From positions 1 through 23,202 of the forward strand of contig CAWHMU010000048.1 of NCBI GenBank assembly GCA_963830365.1: a DNA stretch of 23,202 bases. The letters run 5' to 3'. Made by a program: the position numbers and the translations under genes. Numbering within the stretch: the first letter of the stretch is position 1; the number at the start of each line of letters is the position of its first letter. Of this stretch, positions 14,867 to 23,202 are shown one piece after another. Source of the stretch: an uncultured Chlamydiae bacterium (lineage in GTDB: Bacteria; Chlamydiota; Chlamydiia; Chlamydiales; Parachlamydiaceae). A model generated the notes under the pieces. That model worked only from the letters and a program-made list of their open reading frames with translations, had not been told where the DNA came from and ran no database searches.

Positions 14867-16765
14867 TTAGACGACGAGGTAGGTGTAGCTTTCCAGCGCC
14901 TCTTTGAATTTCTTTTGCAGCTTGGCGGATTCCTCGGCGGAGAGGCGGCCGCATTTGAGGGAGGTTTCGATGGCGGCGCGCAGGCGTTCGACAAGCTCTT
15001 GGGGATTGTATTGAACATATCCCAGGACTTCGCGGATGGTGTCGCCTTCGATGACGTTGTTGATCTGCCAGCATCCGTCGGCATCGAGTTCCACGTGGAC
15101 GGCATTGGTATCGCCGAAAAGGTTGTGTAGGCCTCCTAGAATTTCCTGGTAGGCCCCCACCAGGAAGATGCCCAAAAAATAGGGTTGGCCATTGGACTGG
15201 TGCAGCTTTAGGAAGTCTTTGGGGGCATAGCGACCGACGAAATGGTCGATTTTGCCGTCGCTGTCGCAGCTTAAGTCGGCAATGATGCCGCTGCGTTTGG
15301 GTTCTTCATCGAGGCGGTGGATGGGCATGATAGGAAAGAGCTGGTTGATGGCCCAGGAGTCGGGCAGGGACTGGAAGACGGAAAAATTGCAGAAATAGGT
15401 GTCGAGCAGCAATTTGTCGAGATTTTTAATTTCAGTGGGGACATCAGTGAGTTCTCTTGAGACTAGGCGGATTTTGGCGATCAGGTGCTTAAAGGTCTGT
15501 TCGGCATAGGCGCGTTCTTTAAGCGAGAGGGTGCCATGCACAAAGCATTCGAAGATGCGTTCTTTGAGCTCTTGGGCGTCATGCAGCACTTCGTGGCAGT
15601 TGTCGATCGTTACATTTTGATATAGGGCATACAGGCTTGCCAAGACCTCCTGCTCGCTTGGCGGAGGATCGAGGAGATCCACGGCTTCCAAGGCGGGTGC
15701 GACATCGATGACCTCTGTGATCAGGACGGAGTGGTGGGCGACGATGGCGCGGCCTGATTCGGTGATGATGGTGGGTGGGGAGAGGCCTTCTTTATCGCAG
15801 GCATCGCCGATGGCGAAGACGACATCGCGGGCATATTCTTCGATGGTGTAGTCCATGGAGGAATCGGAGCTTGTGCGTGAGCCGTCGTAATCGATGCCCA
15901 GGCCGCCGCCGACATCGAAGAAGCACATTTCTGGGCAGTCGCGCGCCAGTTCTGTATACATGCGCGCGGCTTCGCCGACGGCTTTTTTGATGGAGACGAT
16001 GGAAGGGATCTGACTGCCCAGATGGAAGTGTAGTAGTTTTACCCAGTGGATTTTGCCGGCTTGTTTGAGCATGTCGATCCCTTCGACAATTTCATGGGAG
16101 CTTAGGCCGAATTTGGCCATATCGCCGCCCGAGGTATTCCAACGGCCGCTGCCTTTGTTGAAGGGGCGCATGCGGAAGCCTATTTCGGGGTCGATATTGA
16201 GCTTTTGGGCGATATCGAGGACGATTTTGAGTTCATAGAGCTGTTCGATGATGATGACTGAGCGGCGGCCGATCTTGGTGGCCAGGAGGGCAATTTCGAT
16301 ATATTCGGCGTCTTTATAGCCGTTGCACAGCAGCAGGGCGCCGGGAGTATCGTGGATGCTGAGGACAGCGATGAGTTCGGGTTTGCTGCCCACTTCAAGG
16401 CCGAGCAGGCGGTCGCGGCCGGTGGCGGCGATGATGCCGACGATAGTGCGTTGCTGGTTGACTTTGATAGGGTATGCCAGGCGGAAGGTGTTGTCGTAGC
16501 GGAATTCATTGATGGCGGCATCGAAGGCTCTTTGGATGCAGCGGATGCGGTCGCGCAGGATATCGTCGAAGCGGATGAGGATCGGTGCTTCGATGCCGCG
16601 CTTTACCAGCGATTGAACAAGTTCGTAGAGATCGCCGGATTTGGCCTTTGGTTGGAGTCTGACAGCGACGTGGCCTTGAGGATTGATGTCGAAATAGGGC
16701 TTTCCCCAAGCGCGTATGCTGTAATCTTCGCCATAAATTTTAGGGTTTTTGACGGCATCTGCCAT
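14867..16765 (-). CDS. speA: Biosynthetic arginine decarboxylase
   Basis: PLP lysine motif YPIKVNQ plus GLEVGSKPEL, CNGYKD, HFHLGSQI, DVGGGLG, ESGRA, NFSVFQSLPDSWAI, CDSDG and GAYQEILG; 632 aa; AAGGAG RBS. Confidence 0.97.
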   Translation of the reverse strand: MADAVKNPKIYGEDYSIRAWGKPYFDINPQGHVAVRLQPKAKSGDLYELVQSLVKRGIEAPILIRFDDILRDRIRCIQRAFDAAINEFRYDNTFRLAYPIKVNQQRTIVGIIAATGRDRLLGLEVGSKPELIAVLSIHDTPGALLLCNGYKDAEYIEIALLATKIGRRSVIIIEQLYELKIVLDIAQKLNIDPEIGFRMRPFNKGSGRWNTSGGDMAKFGLSSHEIVEGIDMLKQAGKIHWVKLLHFHLGSQIPSIVSIKKAVGEAARMYTELARDCPEMCFFDVGGGLGIDYDGSRTSSDSSMDYTIEEYARDVVFAIGDACDKEGLSPPTIITESGRAIVAHHSVLITEVIDVAPALEAVDLLDPPPSEQEVLASLYALYQNVTIDNCHEVLHDAQELKERIFECFVHGTLSLKERAYAEQTFKHLIAKIRLVSRELTDVPTEIKNLDKLLLDTYFCNFSVFQSLPDSWAINQLFPIMPIHRLDEEPKRSGIIADLSCDSDGKIDHFVGRYAPKDFLKLHQSNGQPYFLGIFLVGAYQEILGGLHNLFGDTNAVHVELDADGCWQINNVIEGDTIREVLGYVQYNPQELVERLRAAIETSLKCGRLSAEESAKLQKKFKEALESYTYLVV

Positions 16766-16817
16766 ATTGAAAACTCCTTAGAGTTGAGTGTAAGACTATA
16801 CGTTGCATTTAAAAAAT

Positions 16818-17099
16818 TTAACCACAGAGGCACCGAGCCACAGAGAATAACTGCAGCATAAAAGTATCAGGGGCATATTCGTTCATATATTGGTTATTTA
16901 CAGCTCGCTTGCGTCTTTGCGTTTCTGCGTTAAAGTGCATGCATAAGTTATTGGCAGTGGCAATGATGCAAGCTTCTTTGCCAGGTTGCGCTCATCAAAA
17001 TAAATTTCAACGCAGAGACGCAGAGATGCAAGAGAAAATTAAGCAGGTCTCTTTTGCATCTCATTATTTTTTTCAGTGTTTCGGTGGCTCTGTGGTTAA
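16818..17099. repeat. Nested inverted repeats of CACAGAG/CGCAGAG short-period units
   Basis: Outer TTAACCACAGAGGCACCGAGCCACAGA (from 16818) versus reverse complement TTAACCACAGAGCCACCGAAACACTGA (ending 17099). Inner 16908-16934 versus 17005-17032 (CTTGCRTCTYTGCGTYTCTGCGTT) lies in the opposite orientation. Confidence 0.85.
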
Positions 17100-20000
17100 C
17101 TTTTGCTATCCCATTGTGTGAGGGTCTCTGTCATAATAAACGATATGCTGCTGCCGGCTAGACGTGCATGCTGCAGACAGCCATGCAATTGCGGCAGGGT
17201 CTCCCCTGTGAGGCTGATGGCGGCGTTGGGGAATATATCGAGCAGGCTTTCGGCTTCGGCGCTTGGCGGCGGGGCTTTGCTGCTGATGACGATCCGGTCA
17301 TACTGCTGGGAAAGGTCAACCAGCAAGGTTTGAAATTTGCGGGAGCCGATTAATTCGTGGGCATAGCGGCAGAACCCCCCCGCAGCGATGGTGTCATAGG
17401 CGGGTCCGTGTTCGATGGCTGGTTGGGCGGTTTGCCCTTCCAGAAATGGCAAGATAGTGGAGGTAGTATTTGGGTGCAAATTGTCGAAGCTGAGATCGAT
17501 GGAGAGTACTTTTAAGCCCATTTTTGACATGAGTGAGGCCAGGCAATGGGTGTAATTTGGTCCCCGGCTTTTGAGCAGCAGCAGTGTTTTTTTCAAAGGC
17601 TGTTTGGCAGATATCGATTCGTGGTTATCGGAGGCTGCGGTGAGGGCGATCAAACGGCGCAGGGTATCCAGATCGGCATCGAGGATATTATCATTATCGC
17701 TGCGGCAATTGGCCTGGCGGGAAAGGGAGCCTGACACATGATAGCCGGCGAGGCGAAGCGACTCAGCCGAGGCTTCAAGTCCGGTGGAGATGGAGCGGGC
17801 CAGCACATAAGCTGTGCTTAAAAAGGCTCCTAGGACAGCGCCGATGAGGGCCAGCAGGAAAAGACGGGGCGATTTGGGGTGGATGGGGATTATGGGCATA
17901 TCCAGCGGTGCGGATTGGATTTTTTCTAGATTATTGGAGATGTTTTTGGATTCGACCAGCTTGCTGATTTCCTCGACCATTGTCTTGTTGATTTCCATCT
18001 GCTGTTCGATGAGACGTTCTGCCGCCCATTTATGGGGGAAGGCGGCCATTTCCAGGCGCAGCTCCTTCAAGTTGTCCTGCAGCAGCTTTTGTTCCTGTTT
18101 CAGGTTGTCGATGGCATTGGCGATGTATTTTTTTGTCTGATTTTCCAGCAGGGATATCTGTTCATGCAGCAAGGACAAGTTGATGCTTTGCAGGCTGGTG
18201 ATTTTCTCCTTCAAGAAATTCTGGCGCAAATCAAGCAGTTGCACCGCCTGCTGCAGGTGGGTGGTCAGAAAACCTTTTTGGATGGCCAGATCGGATTTTA
18301 GGCGTTCCTGTTCCTTCAGGCTGCGATTTTCGGAGTCTTTAAGGGTCAGGATGATGGCGCTGGCCTTGGAAATCATTTCGGTGCTGATGGGGTCGGTAAG
18401 GACGGTGCTTAGGGAGCTGATTTCGAAAGCGGGATCGCCGATTTGGCCGATAATGAAGCTTTGCTGATTGGCATGGGATTCTGTTTCGCTGAGATCTTTG
18501 CTGTAATTGATATAGAGGTCTTTGGCGATATTGAGATTGATGCCTTGGAATTCGGCCAAAGGAGATTGCTGATGGGCAAGGCGCTCTTCGATATTGCGTT
18601 GATAGATATAGAGGTAGTGGATCATGTGGGAGAGGTAGGCGCTGAAGCCTTCTTTACACTTTTTCCATTCCTCGTGGGCATCTATCAGGTCTTTTGGTTT
18701 GGCTGTAAGCAGGTGTTGATGGCAGGCCAGGGCGCGAGCATACCACATGTTGACGATGAATTTAGGGTTGTCGAGCAGGATAGTGGCAGGCTGTGGTAGT
18801 TTATCATCATCAAGGTTTGCCAGCATGGTCGATGCGGCTTGGCCAGTTTTCTTTAAATCGTTCAGTTCGAGCATTTGTGCGGAAAAGGAATCTTGAAAAG
18901 CCTTGATATTGACGGGGGTATTTCTAAGGGCCAGATTGAGGGCATCGGCCTGTTGTTTTAAGCTTCTAATTTCTGCAGTCAGACGATTTATGGCTTCTGG
19001 AGTATTTGTGGAAGTGAATTTGTCATAGTCAGTTTCGTTTGTTTGGCGCATATGCTCAAGGCGCTGGAGGTCAAGGTCTATGGTGAGCAGCTTTTGTTTG
19101 AGCTGCTGCTGGTTGTCGGCCAGGAAGTCGATGGCTTTTTCCGAGGTGGCAAAGCCGGTATTGGAAAGGTCTGAGGAGAGGCTCTGTGCATGCTTGTGCA
19201 TGACATCGGCAAGCTGGCTGCCCATTTCCTGTTGCCTCTGGATTAGATAATCGACCTGCAGGCAGCAGATGCGCTGGTGTTCGGTATGGATGTAGTTTTG
19301 ATAGGCCGCCATCAGGGATTCGACAGCGGCGGCGGCCTGGTGGCGGCTGGGGTGTTTAAAGGAAATTTTTACCAACCCTTTGTCGGTGCGGTCGCCTTCG
19401 ACCTGGAACTGTTTTGCCAAGCCCTCTGCCAATGGCCCTAAGGGGAGAAAGGAGAGATAATATTCATTTCCTTCGATAGGGTTGTCATGTGCGCGTTGCA
19501 GGGTGAAAGAAAATAGGCTTGTGGCAAAAGGCTTAGCGAAGGTGCCGGTGCCGATGAGTTCATGCTGATTTTCAAAAATTGAAAATTGCTTCTCATTGTC
19601 GATTTGCAGCCTGAGGTTTAAGGGCACTTCGCCCCGATAGGAAACGAGTTCGGCTTTTAAGTCGACAGCATGGTCTTTGAGGATAGGTTGGGGTAATTTT
19701 TTCAAAAGGGCGTATTCGACAAGCAGGTTGTTCTTGATGGTCTGCCATGGTAAAAATGGGAAATAGGATTCTTTTTTGACGATGGCGGCCTGCCATCCCA
19801 TATTCTGGATGAGCTGTTCGTATAGCCGTCTTGATTTCATTAAAGTCAGCGCATCGCTGTCGCTGCCGCTGCCTACGAGCTGTGTTAAAATCGATTTATT
19901 CAAGCCGGACTGGCTTTTATTTTTTTCTTTGAAGGTGGCTTCGGCCTGATATTCGACGGGGCGGGTGAGGCCGTAAGAAAAGGCCAGCAGGGCAAACAAG

Positions 20001-20104
20001 CCTGAGCCGATCCATATCTTGCGCGTATTTTTCCTGATGATGCGCATTAGATCGGCAAAAGTGAGCAGGAAATCATCATCATGGTTTGGCGGAGAGTTGA
20101 GCAT
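17096..20104 (-). CDS. Wzc/GumC-like polysaccharide co-polymerase with a very long coiled coil and a degenerate kinase domain
   Basis: Wzz-type N-terminus (LTFADLMRII...TM...PVEYQAEATF, LMKSRRL), long heptad-rich region, P-x-x-P-x-x-P before TM2, and a C-terminal P-loop-like remnant (KVLSIDL, QQYDRIVI). Lies directly downstream of wza. Confidence 0.85.
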   Translation of the reverse strand: MLNSPPNHDDDFLLTFADLMRIIRKNTRKIWIGSGLFALLAFSYGLTRPVEYQAEATFKEKNKSQSGLNKSILTQLVGSGSDSDALTLMKSRRLYEQLIQNMGWQAAIVKKESYFPFLPWQTIKNNLLVEYALLKKLPQPILKDHAVDLKAELVSYRGEVPLNLRLQIDNEKQFSIFENQHELIGTGTFAKPFATSLFSFTLQRAHDNPIEGNEYYLSFLPLGPLAEGLAKQFQVEGDRTDKGLVKISFKHPSRHQAAAAVESLMAAYQNYIHTEHQRICCLQVDYLIQRQQEMGSQLADVMHKHAQSLSSDLSNTGFATSEKAIDFLADNQQQLKQKLLTIDLDLQRLEHMRQTNETDYDKFTSTNTPEAINRLTAEIRSLKQQADALNLALRNTPVNIKAFQDSFSAQMLELNDLKKTGQAASTMLANLDDDKLPQPATILLDNPKFIVNMWYARALACHQHLLTAKPKDLIDAHEEWKKCKEGFSAYLSHMIHYLYIYQRNIEERLAHQQSPLAEFQGINLNIAKDLYINYSKDLSETESHANQQSFIIGQIGDPAFEISSLSTVLTDPISTEMISKASAIILTLKDSENRSLKEQERLKSDLAIQKGFLTTHLQQAVQLLDLRQNFLKEKITSLQSINLSLLHEQISLLENQTKKYIANAIDNLKQEQKLLQDNLKELRLEMAAFPHKWAAERLIEQQMEINKTMVEEISKLVESKNISNNLEKIQSAPLDMPIIPIHPKSPRLFLLALIGAVLGAFLSTAYVLARSISTGLEASAESLRLAGYHVSGSLSRQANCRSDNDNILDADLDTLRRLIALTAASDNHESISAKQPLKKTLLLLKSRGPNYTHCLASLMSKMGLKVLSIDLSFDNLHPNTTSTILPFLEGQTAQPAIEHGPAYDTIAAGGFCRYAHELIGSRKFQTLLVDLSQQYDRIVISSKAPPPSAEAESLLDIFPNAAISLTGETLPQLHGCLQHARLAGSSISFIMTETLTQWDSKS

Positions 20105-20133
20105 GCGTCCCTTCTATGGCGGCGTTATAATTT

Positions 20134-21189
20134 TTAATCGCTTATGAGGTTATATACACCAAATCCAGTCTGGAAGGCTTGAGCGCTGGGCAAAAGCTGG
20201 CTGATGAAACGGTTCCATTCTGTAATGGGCTTGGCAGATACATATACGGTATCTCCGGGCATAAGTAGCAGGCTGTCATTGGGCAGGTGGATGATGTGTT
20301 CCCAAGAGAGCACGTAAATTTTAGGACATTGCAGATTGCCGCGGATCACCTGGATGTTGTGTTTGTCGCCGGTGAAAGGTATGCCGCCGGCGTTGACGAG
20401 GGCTTCGCGCAGGGACATGAAGCCGTAAGGCAGGTGTACGGGGCGTGGGGTATTGACCTCGCCCATCACCATGACGCTGCTATCGGTTTTATTGGCGATG
20501 AAAATTTTATCGCCACCGCGCATGACGATATTTTGGCACATATCGCCTTCGTTGATGAGCTTATACAGGTCGACGGCGAGTGGGCGGCCTTGACGCACGA
20601 CATAGCTCAAGAAGAGGTTTGCGTCAGCAGGGATATGGGCATTGGCGATGACATCGTAGAGGCGTATTTTGCCATCTACAGGTACATTGGCATGGGCCAC
20701 CATGCCGGCCAGTTCGACTTTGCGTTTCAGGCGGTCTTTATAGGAGACAAAGACCTCGATATCGTGGATGTGGTCGCGGAATTGGTTTTGCAGGCGTTCT
20801 CTGGCTTCCTCCAGAGTGAGGCCAGCCAAGGTGACGGGCGGGATATCGGGCAGGTCGACTTGTCCGCGCGAGACGCGGAAGCCTCCCATAGTGGTGTTGA
20901 TGAACTGGATGGAATCCATCAGATCGCGGCGTTTGGGGTGGTAGATGACGATATTGAGGATATCGTCTTCGGCGATGACGTCTTTGTATTCCTGCATGGC
21001 ATCTTCGGGGATTTCTTCGACTTCGACGCCTACCATTTCGAGGATGGCGAATTTGCCTTGGCGGATGGTATAGGAGTCTGTGACGAATTCGTCGGCGCCC
21101 ATGACGGAATAATCATGGCAGGGTGGATAGCAGCCGCTGCAGAGGGCCAGCATGAGGAGGCACATGGCAGTGCTTAAGAGATCTCTCAT
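20134..21189 (-). CDS. wza: Polysaccharide export outer-membrane lipoprotein (Wza/OPX family)
   Basis: Lipobox LCSGC, PES-like segment (DDILNIVIY...GQVDLPDIPPVTLAGLTLEEA), SLBB repeats (VMGEVNTP, LREALVNAGG, LMPGDTVYV) and C-terminal PITEWNRFISQLLP. Start 21189 preferred; 21243 is possible. Confidence 0.92.
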   Translation of the reverse strand: MRDLLSTAMCLLMLALCSGCYPPCHDYSVMGADEFVTDSYTIRQGKFAILEMVGVEVEEIPEDAMQEYKDVIAEDDILNIVIYHPKRRDLMDSIQFINTTMGGFRVSRGQVDLPDIPPVTLAGLTLEEARERLQNQFRDHIHDIEVFVSYKDRLKRKVELAGMVAHANVPVDGKIRLYDVIANAHIPADANLFLSYVVRQGRPLAVDLYKLINEGDMCQNIVMRGGDKIFIANKTDSSVMVMGEVNTPRPVHLPYGFMSLREALVNAGGIPFTGDKHNIQVIRGNLQCPKIYVLSWEHIIHLPNDSLLLMPGDTVYVSAKPITEWNRFISQLLPSAQAFQTGFGVYNLISD

Positions 21190-21472
21190 GGATGAAAGGC
21201 CTTTAATAAGAGGTGGAAAAGCTGTATTTAGATTTTCTAGCATGAGACCATAGATCGAATAAGTTATGTTTTAGGCAGACGAATAAGGAGCTGTTTTTTG
21301 GTTGTTTTGATTGGTCCATTATTTATCCGATTTGGGTTTAAAAGAAAGGCTTTTTTCACGAGGGTTAGAGGTGCCGATCTACAGAGGAACAAGGTGGTAA
21401 GTAGGCATGTGTTTCAGGCCAAAAGTGAAGTTACAGGATGACATGCTAATCAGGGTAGAAATGCAAGGCTCG

Positions 21473-21660
21473 GTCGAATCATTGTGCCTTGGCAATAGTC
21501 TGTGATGGCGATTTCCCGCAAAGAATGCAAAGGAGGCAAGCGGAAAACAGCATGCTAATTAGACAAAGCCTTTTGCAGCTTTCAGCTTAGGCTAGGGGGT
21601 TAATTTCGTGCATCTAAACATCTGCCATCAAGAATATTAAGGGTTCATTCGACAAATGAG
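21473..21660. repeat. Decayed palindromic element(s) upstream of wza
   Basis: GTCGAAT...CCTT...TGATGGC (from 21473) pairs loosely with the reverse complement of 21624-21653. 21642-21660 GGTTCATTCGACAAATGAG matches the terminus of the 8052/8771 element at 16/19. Confidence 0.45.
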
Positions 21661-21907
21661 GACCTTTAGCAGGTAAAAGCATTAAGTCATCAAATTTTTC
21701 CGAGTCTTAATTGTTAGTATGTTGTGAACGGCAGGAAATCTTGAAAGAGGAATAGAAATAAAAGTAGCAGACATATAAAAGAAGCTTGAAAACGCCCTTT
21801 TACAGGAGGCTTCTTCTAGGTCTACTTCTCTTTTGCATCATGCATATGGAATCAGTGGAGTTCAATACCAAGCCTGACCCCAAGTCTGACCTTATGACAT
21901 GATCCTC

Positions 21908-22783
21908 CTAAGGACCATAACTAGAGCTCGGCGCTGGGGAGAAATAAGAGTGATACCTTTCACGAGAAAATCGTATCTTGTCCTCTGCTTTATTTTGCAC
22001 AGCCTTGTGCAGTTCTATTCTTTCATCAGTTGAAGCCACTTTCCAAATTGCTTCACTTTTTTCTGTTTGATTAATATAACAGCCTCCATAAGCATCACAA
22101 TCAAAATCCATGTATCTTAAAAAACATTCTATACGTTCTGTTTTGGGTAGAGAAATCCATCCTTTAACCATTCGTTCTATCTCTTTGGCCTTTTCTTCTA
22201 ACTTGACAGCTTCTTTTGCTTTATGTTCACGTGTTTCTGTAATTCCAAGAGGATTTTCAAAGTCTTTTCCAGCCTTAGCCTGACCTATGACGTCCACGGT
22301 TTCATCATCACCCTGAAAATTAAATCTAAAAAAGCAACTAGGGGATTTATATCCCAGAAGCTCACCCCTTATGTTACTAAAGGATATTTTGGCTTCATAT
22401 AGATCTATAAGCTCTTCTGCGTTTTCTTTAGGATTATTTGCCAGTTGCTTAATACGTCTATCAGCTAGATTAAATCCGTTATTAAAATAAGAAAGAAGTT
22501 TTTCATTGCTTATCCATTTTTCAGAACTTTCTTTACAAGAAAAATAAGAAGACACAGCGGCTTGGAATCTGACTTTGCATCTTATATCCACGGCTTCATT
22601 AGTTAAATTATAATACTTGCGTATACCATCCAGAGTACTCTTTCGATCATTTGCTCCTGATAGAAATACAGATGTTGTCTTTTCTTCTGTTTCGGTTGAC
22701 ATCTGAGGCCCTAAGGGAACACTCTCAACCATAGATGAATAATTAAAAGCTGTTGTGTTAAAGGGGAACGAAGTACTCATCAT
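21908..22783 (-). CDS. Hypothetical protein, 291 aa, AT-rich, with Ser/Thr-rich N-terminus
   Basis: Long ATG-started ORF with protein-like composition. No motif recognised. Confidence 0.8.
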   Translation of the reverse strand: MMSTSFPFNTTAFNYSSMVESVPLGPQMSTETEEKTTSVFLSGANDRKSTLDGIRKYYNLTNEAVDIRCKVRFQAAVSSYFSCKESSEKWISNEKLLSYFNNGFNLADRRIKQLANNPKENAEELIDLYEAKISFSNIRGELLGYKSPSCFFRFNFQGDDETVDVIGQAKAGKDFENPLGITETREHKAKEAVKLEEKAKEIERMVKGWISLPKTERIECFLRYMDFDCDAYGGCYINQTEKSEAIWKVASTDERIELHKAVQNKAEDKIRFSRERYHSYFSPAPSSSYGP

Positions 22784-22966
22784 ATTGCCAGTATATTTTT
22801 TTAAGAAAGTGTATCAAATATTTATTTAAAATATAATTGAGGGATAGATTTATCATAGAAGTAGTGTTGCTGTCAAGTTGCATTATTAGGCATCTAAGGT
22901 TCATCCGGTTTTGTAGGACTCGTTATCGGCCATTGATTTAATTTCGTCTGAAAAAGAAAAAAGAAG

Positions 22967-23202
22967 AACCCCTTCCGGGGTTTATATGAGGACATTCTTG
23001 TTCCCATACCTGCGGCTCCGCTACTGCTCCTCCTTGGTATGGGCTACAGAATGAGAGAAAAAAGGGCAAAAAAGATAGCATCCACGCCCTCTTTTTTGCC
23101 CTTTTTCTCTCATTCTGTAGCCCGTAGCCAAGTCTCGCGAGCAGCAGCGAAGACGAGCCACAGCTACGAGAAACGCAATGTATATGAAGTTAACCCCGTA
23201 GG
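22967..23202. repeat. Long imperfect palindromic element, cut by the right window edge
   Basis: Core IR at 23041-23075/23090-23123 is identical except for one A/T-run indel. Degenerate arms extend to 22992/23181. Flanking hairpins are AACCCC-TTCC-GGGGTT (22967) and AACCCCGTAGG at the edge. Confidence 0.85.

Noticed and set aside
14418..15130. ORFs 14418..14627, 14688..15074, 14719..15105 and 14768..15130 (DEADVADEVDE repeat)
   Set aside because: They overlap speA or the repeats. The acidic peptide repeat is just the translation of the 9-bp DNA repeat.
20287..21177. 296-aa plus-strand ORF opposite wza
   Set aside because: It lies entirely antisense to a well-supported gene and has the D/V/H-rich composition typical of shadow ORFs, with no motif.

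Overview
Bacterial chromosomal window, most consistent with an environmental member of the Chlamydiae. That assignment is an inference from the RecA sequence style and the PilM-like/PilO-like/MORN-repeat/recA gene order, not a database result. The housekeeping backbone is tRNA-Pro(GGG), a small hypothetical, ung, carA-carB, and a long minus-strand run: wza, wzc-like, speA, PilM/GspL-like, PilO/GspM-like, MORN/YwqK lipoprotein, recA. Four things are not shown by the ORF track. (1) The AT-rich gene downstream of the tRNA continues through several single-base frameshifts into a PD-(D/E)xK nuclease-like motif set and runs off the left edge. (2) A small ion-channel-like gene with two in-frame TAG stops follows carB. 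(3) Most long intergenic gaps hold palindromic REP/MITE-like elements of several unrelated families, often nested. The 8052-9240 cluster preserves a readable insertion history, and one family recurs at about 9121 and 22992. (4) The 1002-aa Wzc-like protein lacks the BY-kinase catalytic motifs and the Tyr tail. No integrase, transposase, CRISPR array or rRNA was found. Novelty of any of these cannot be established without database searches.
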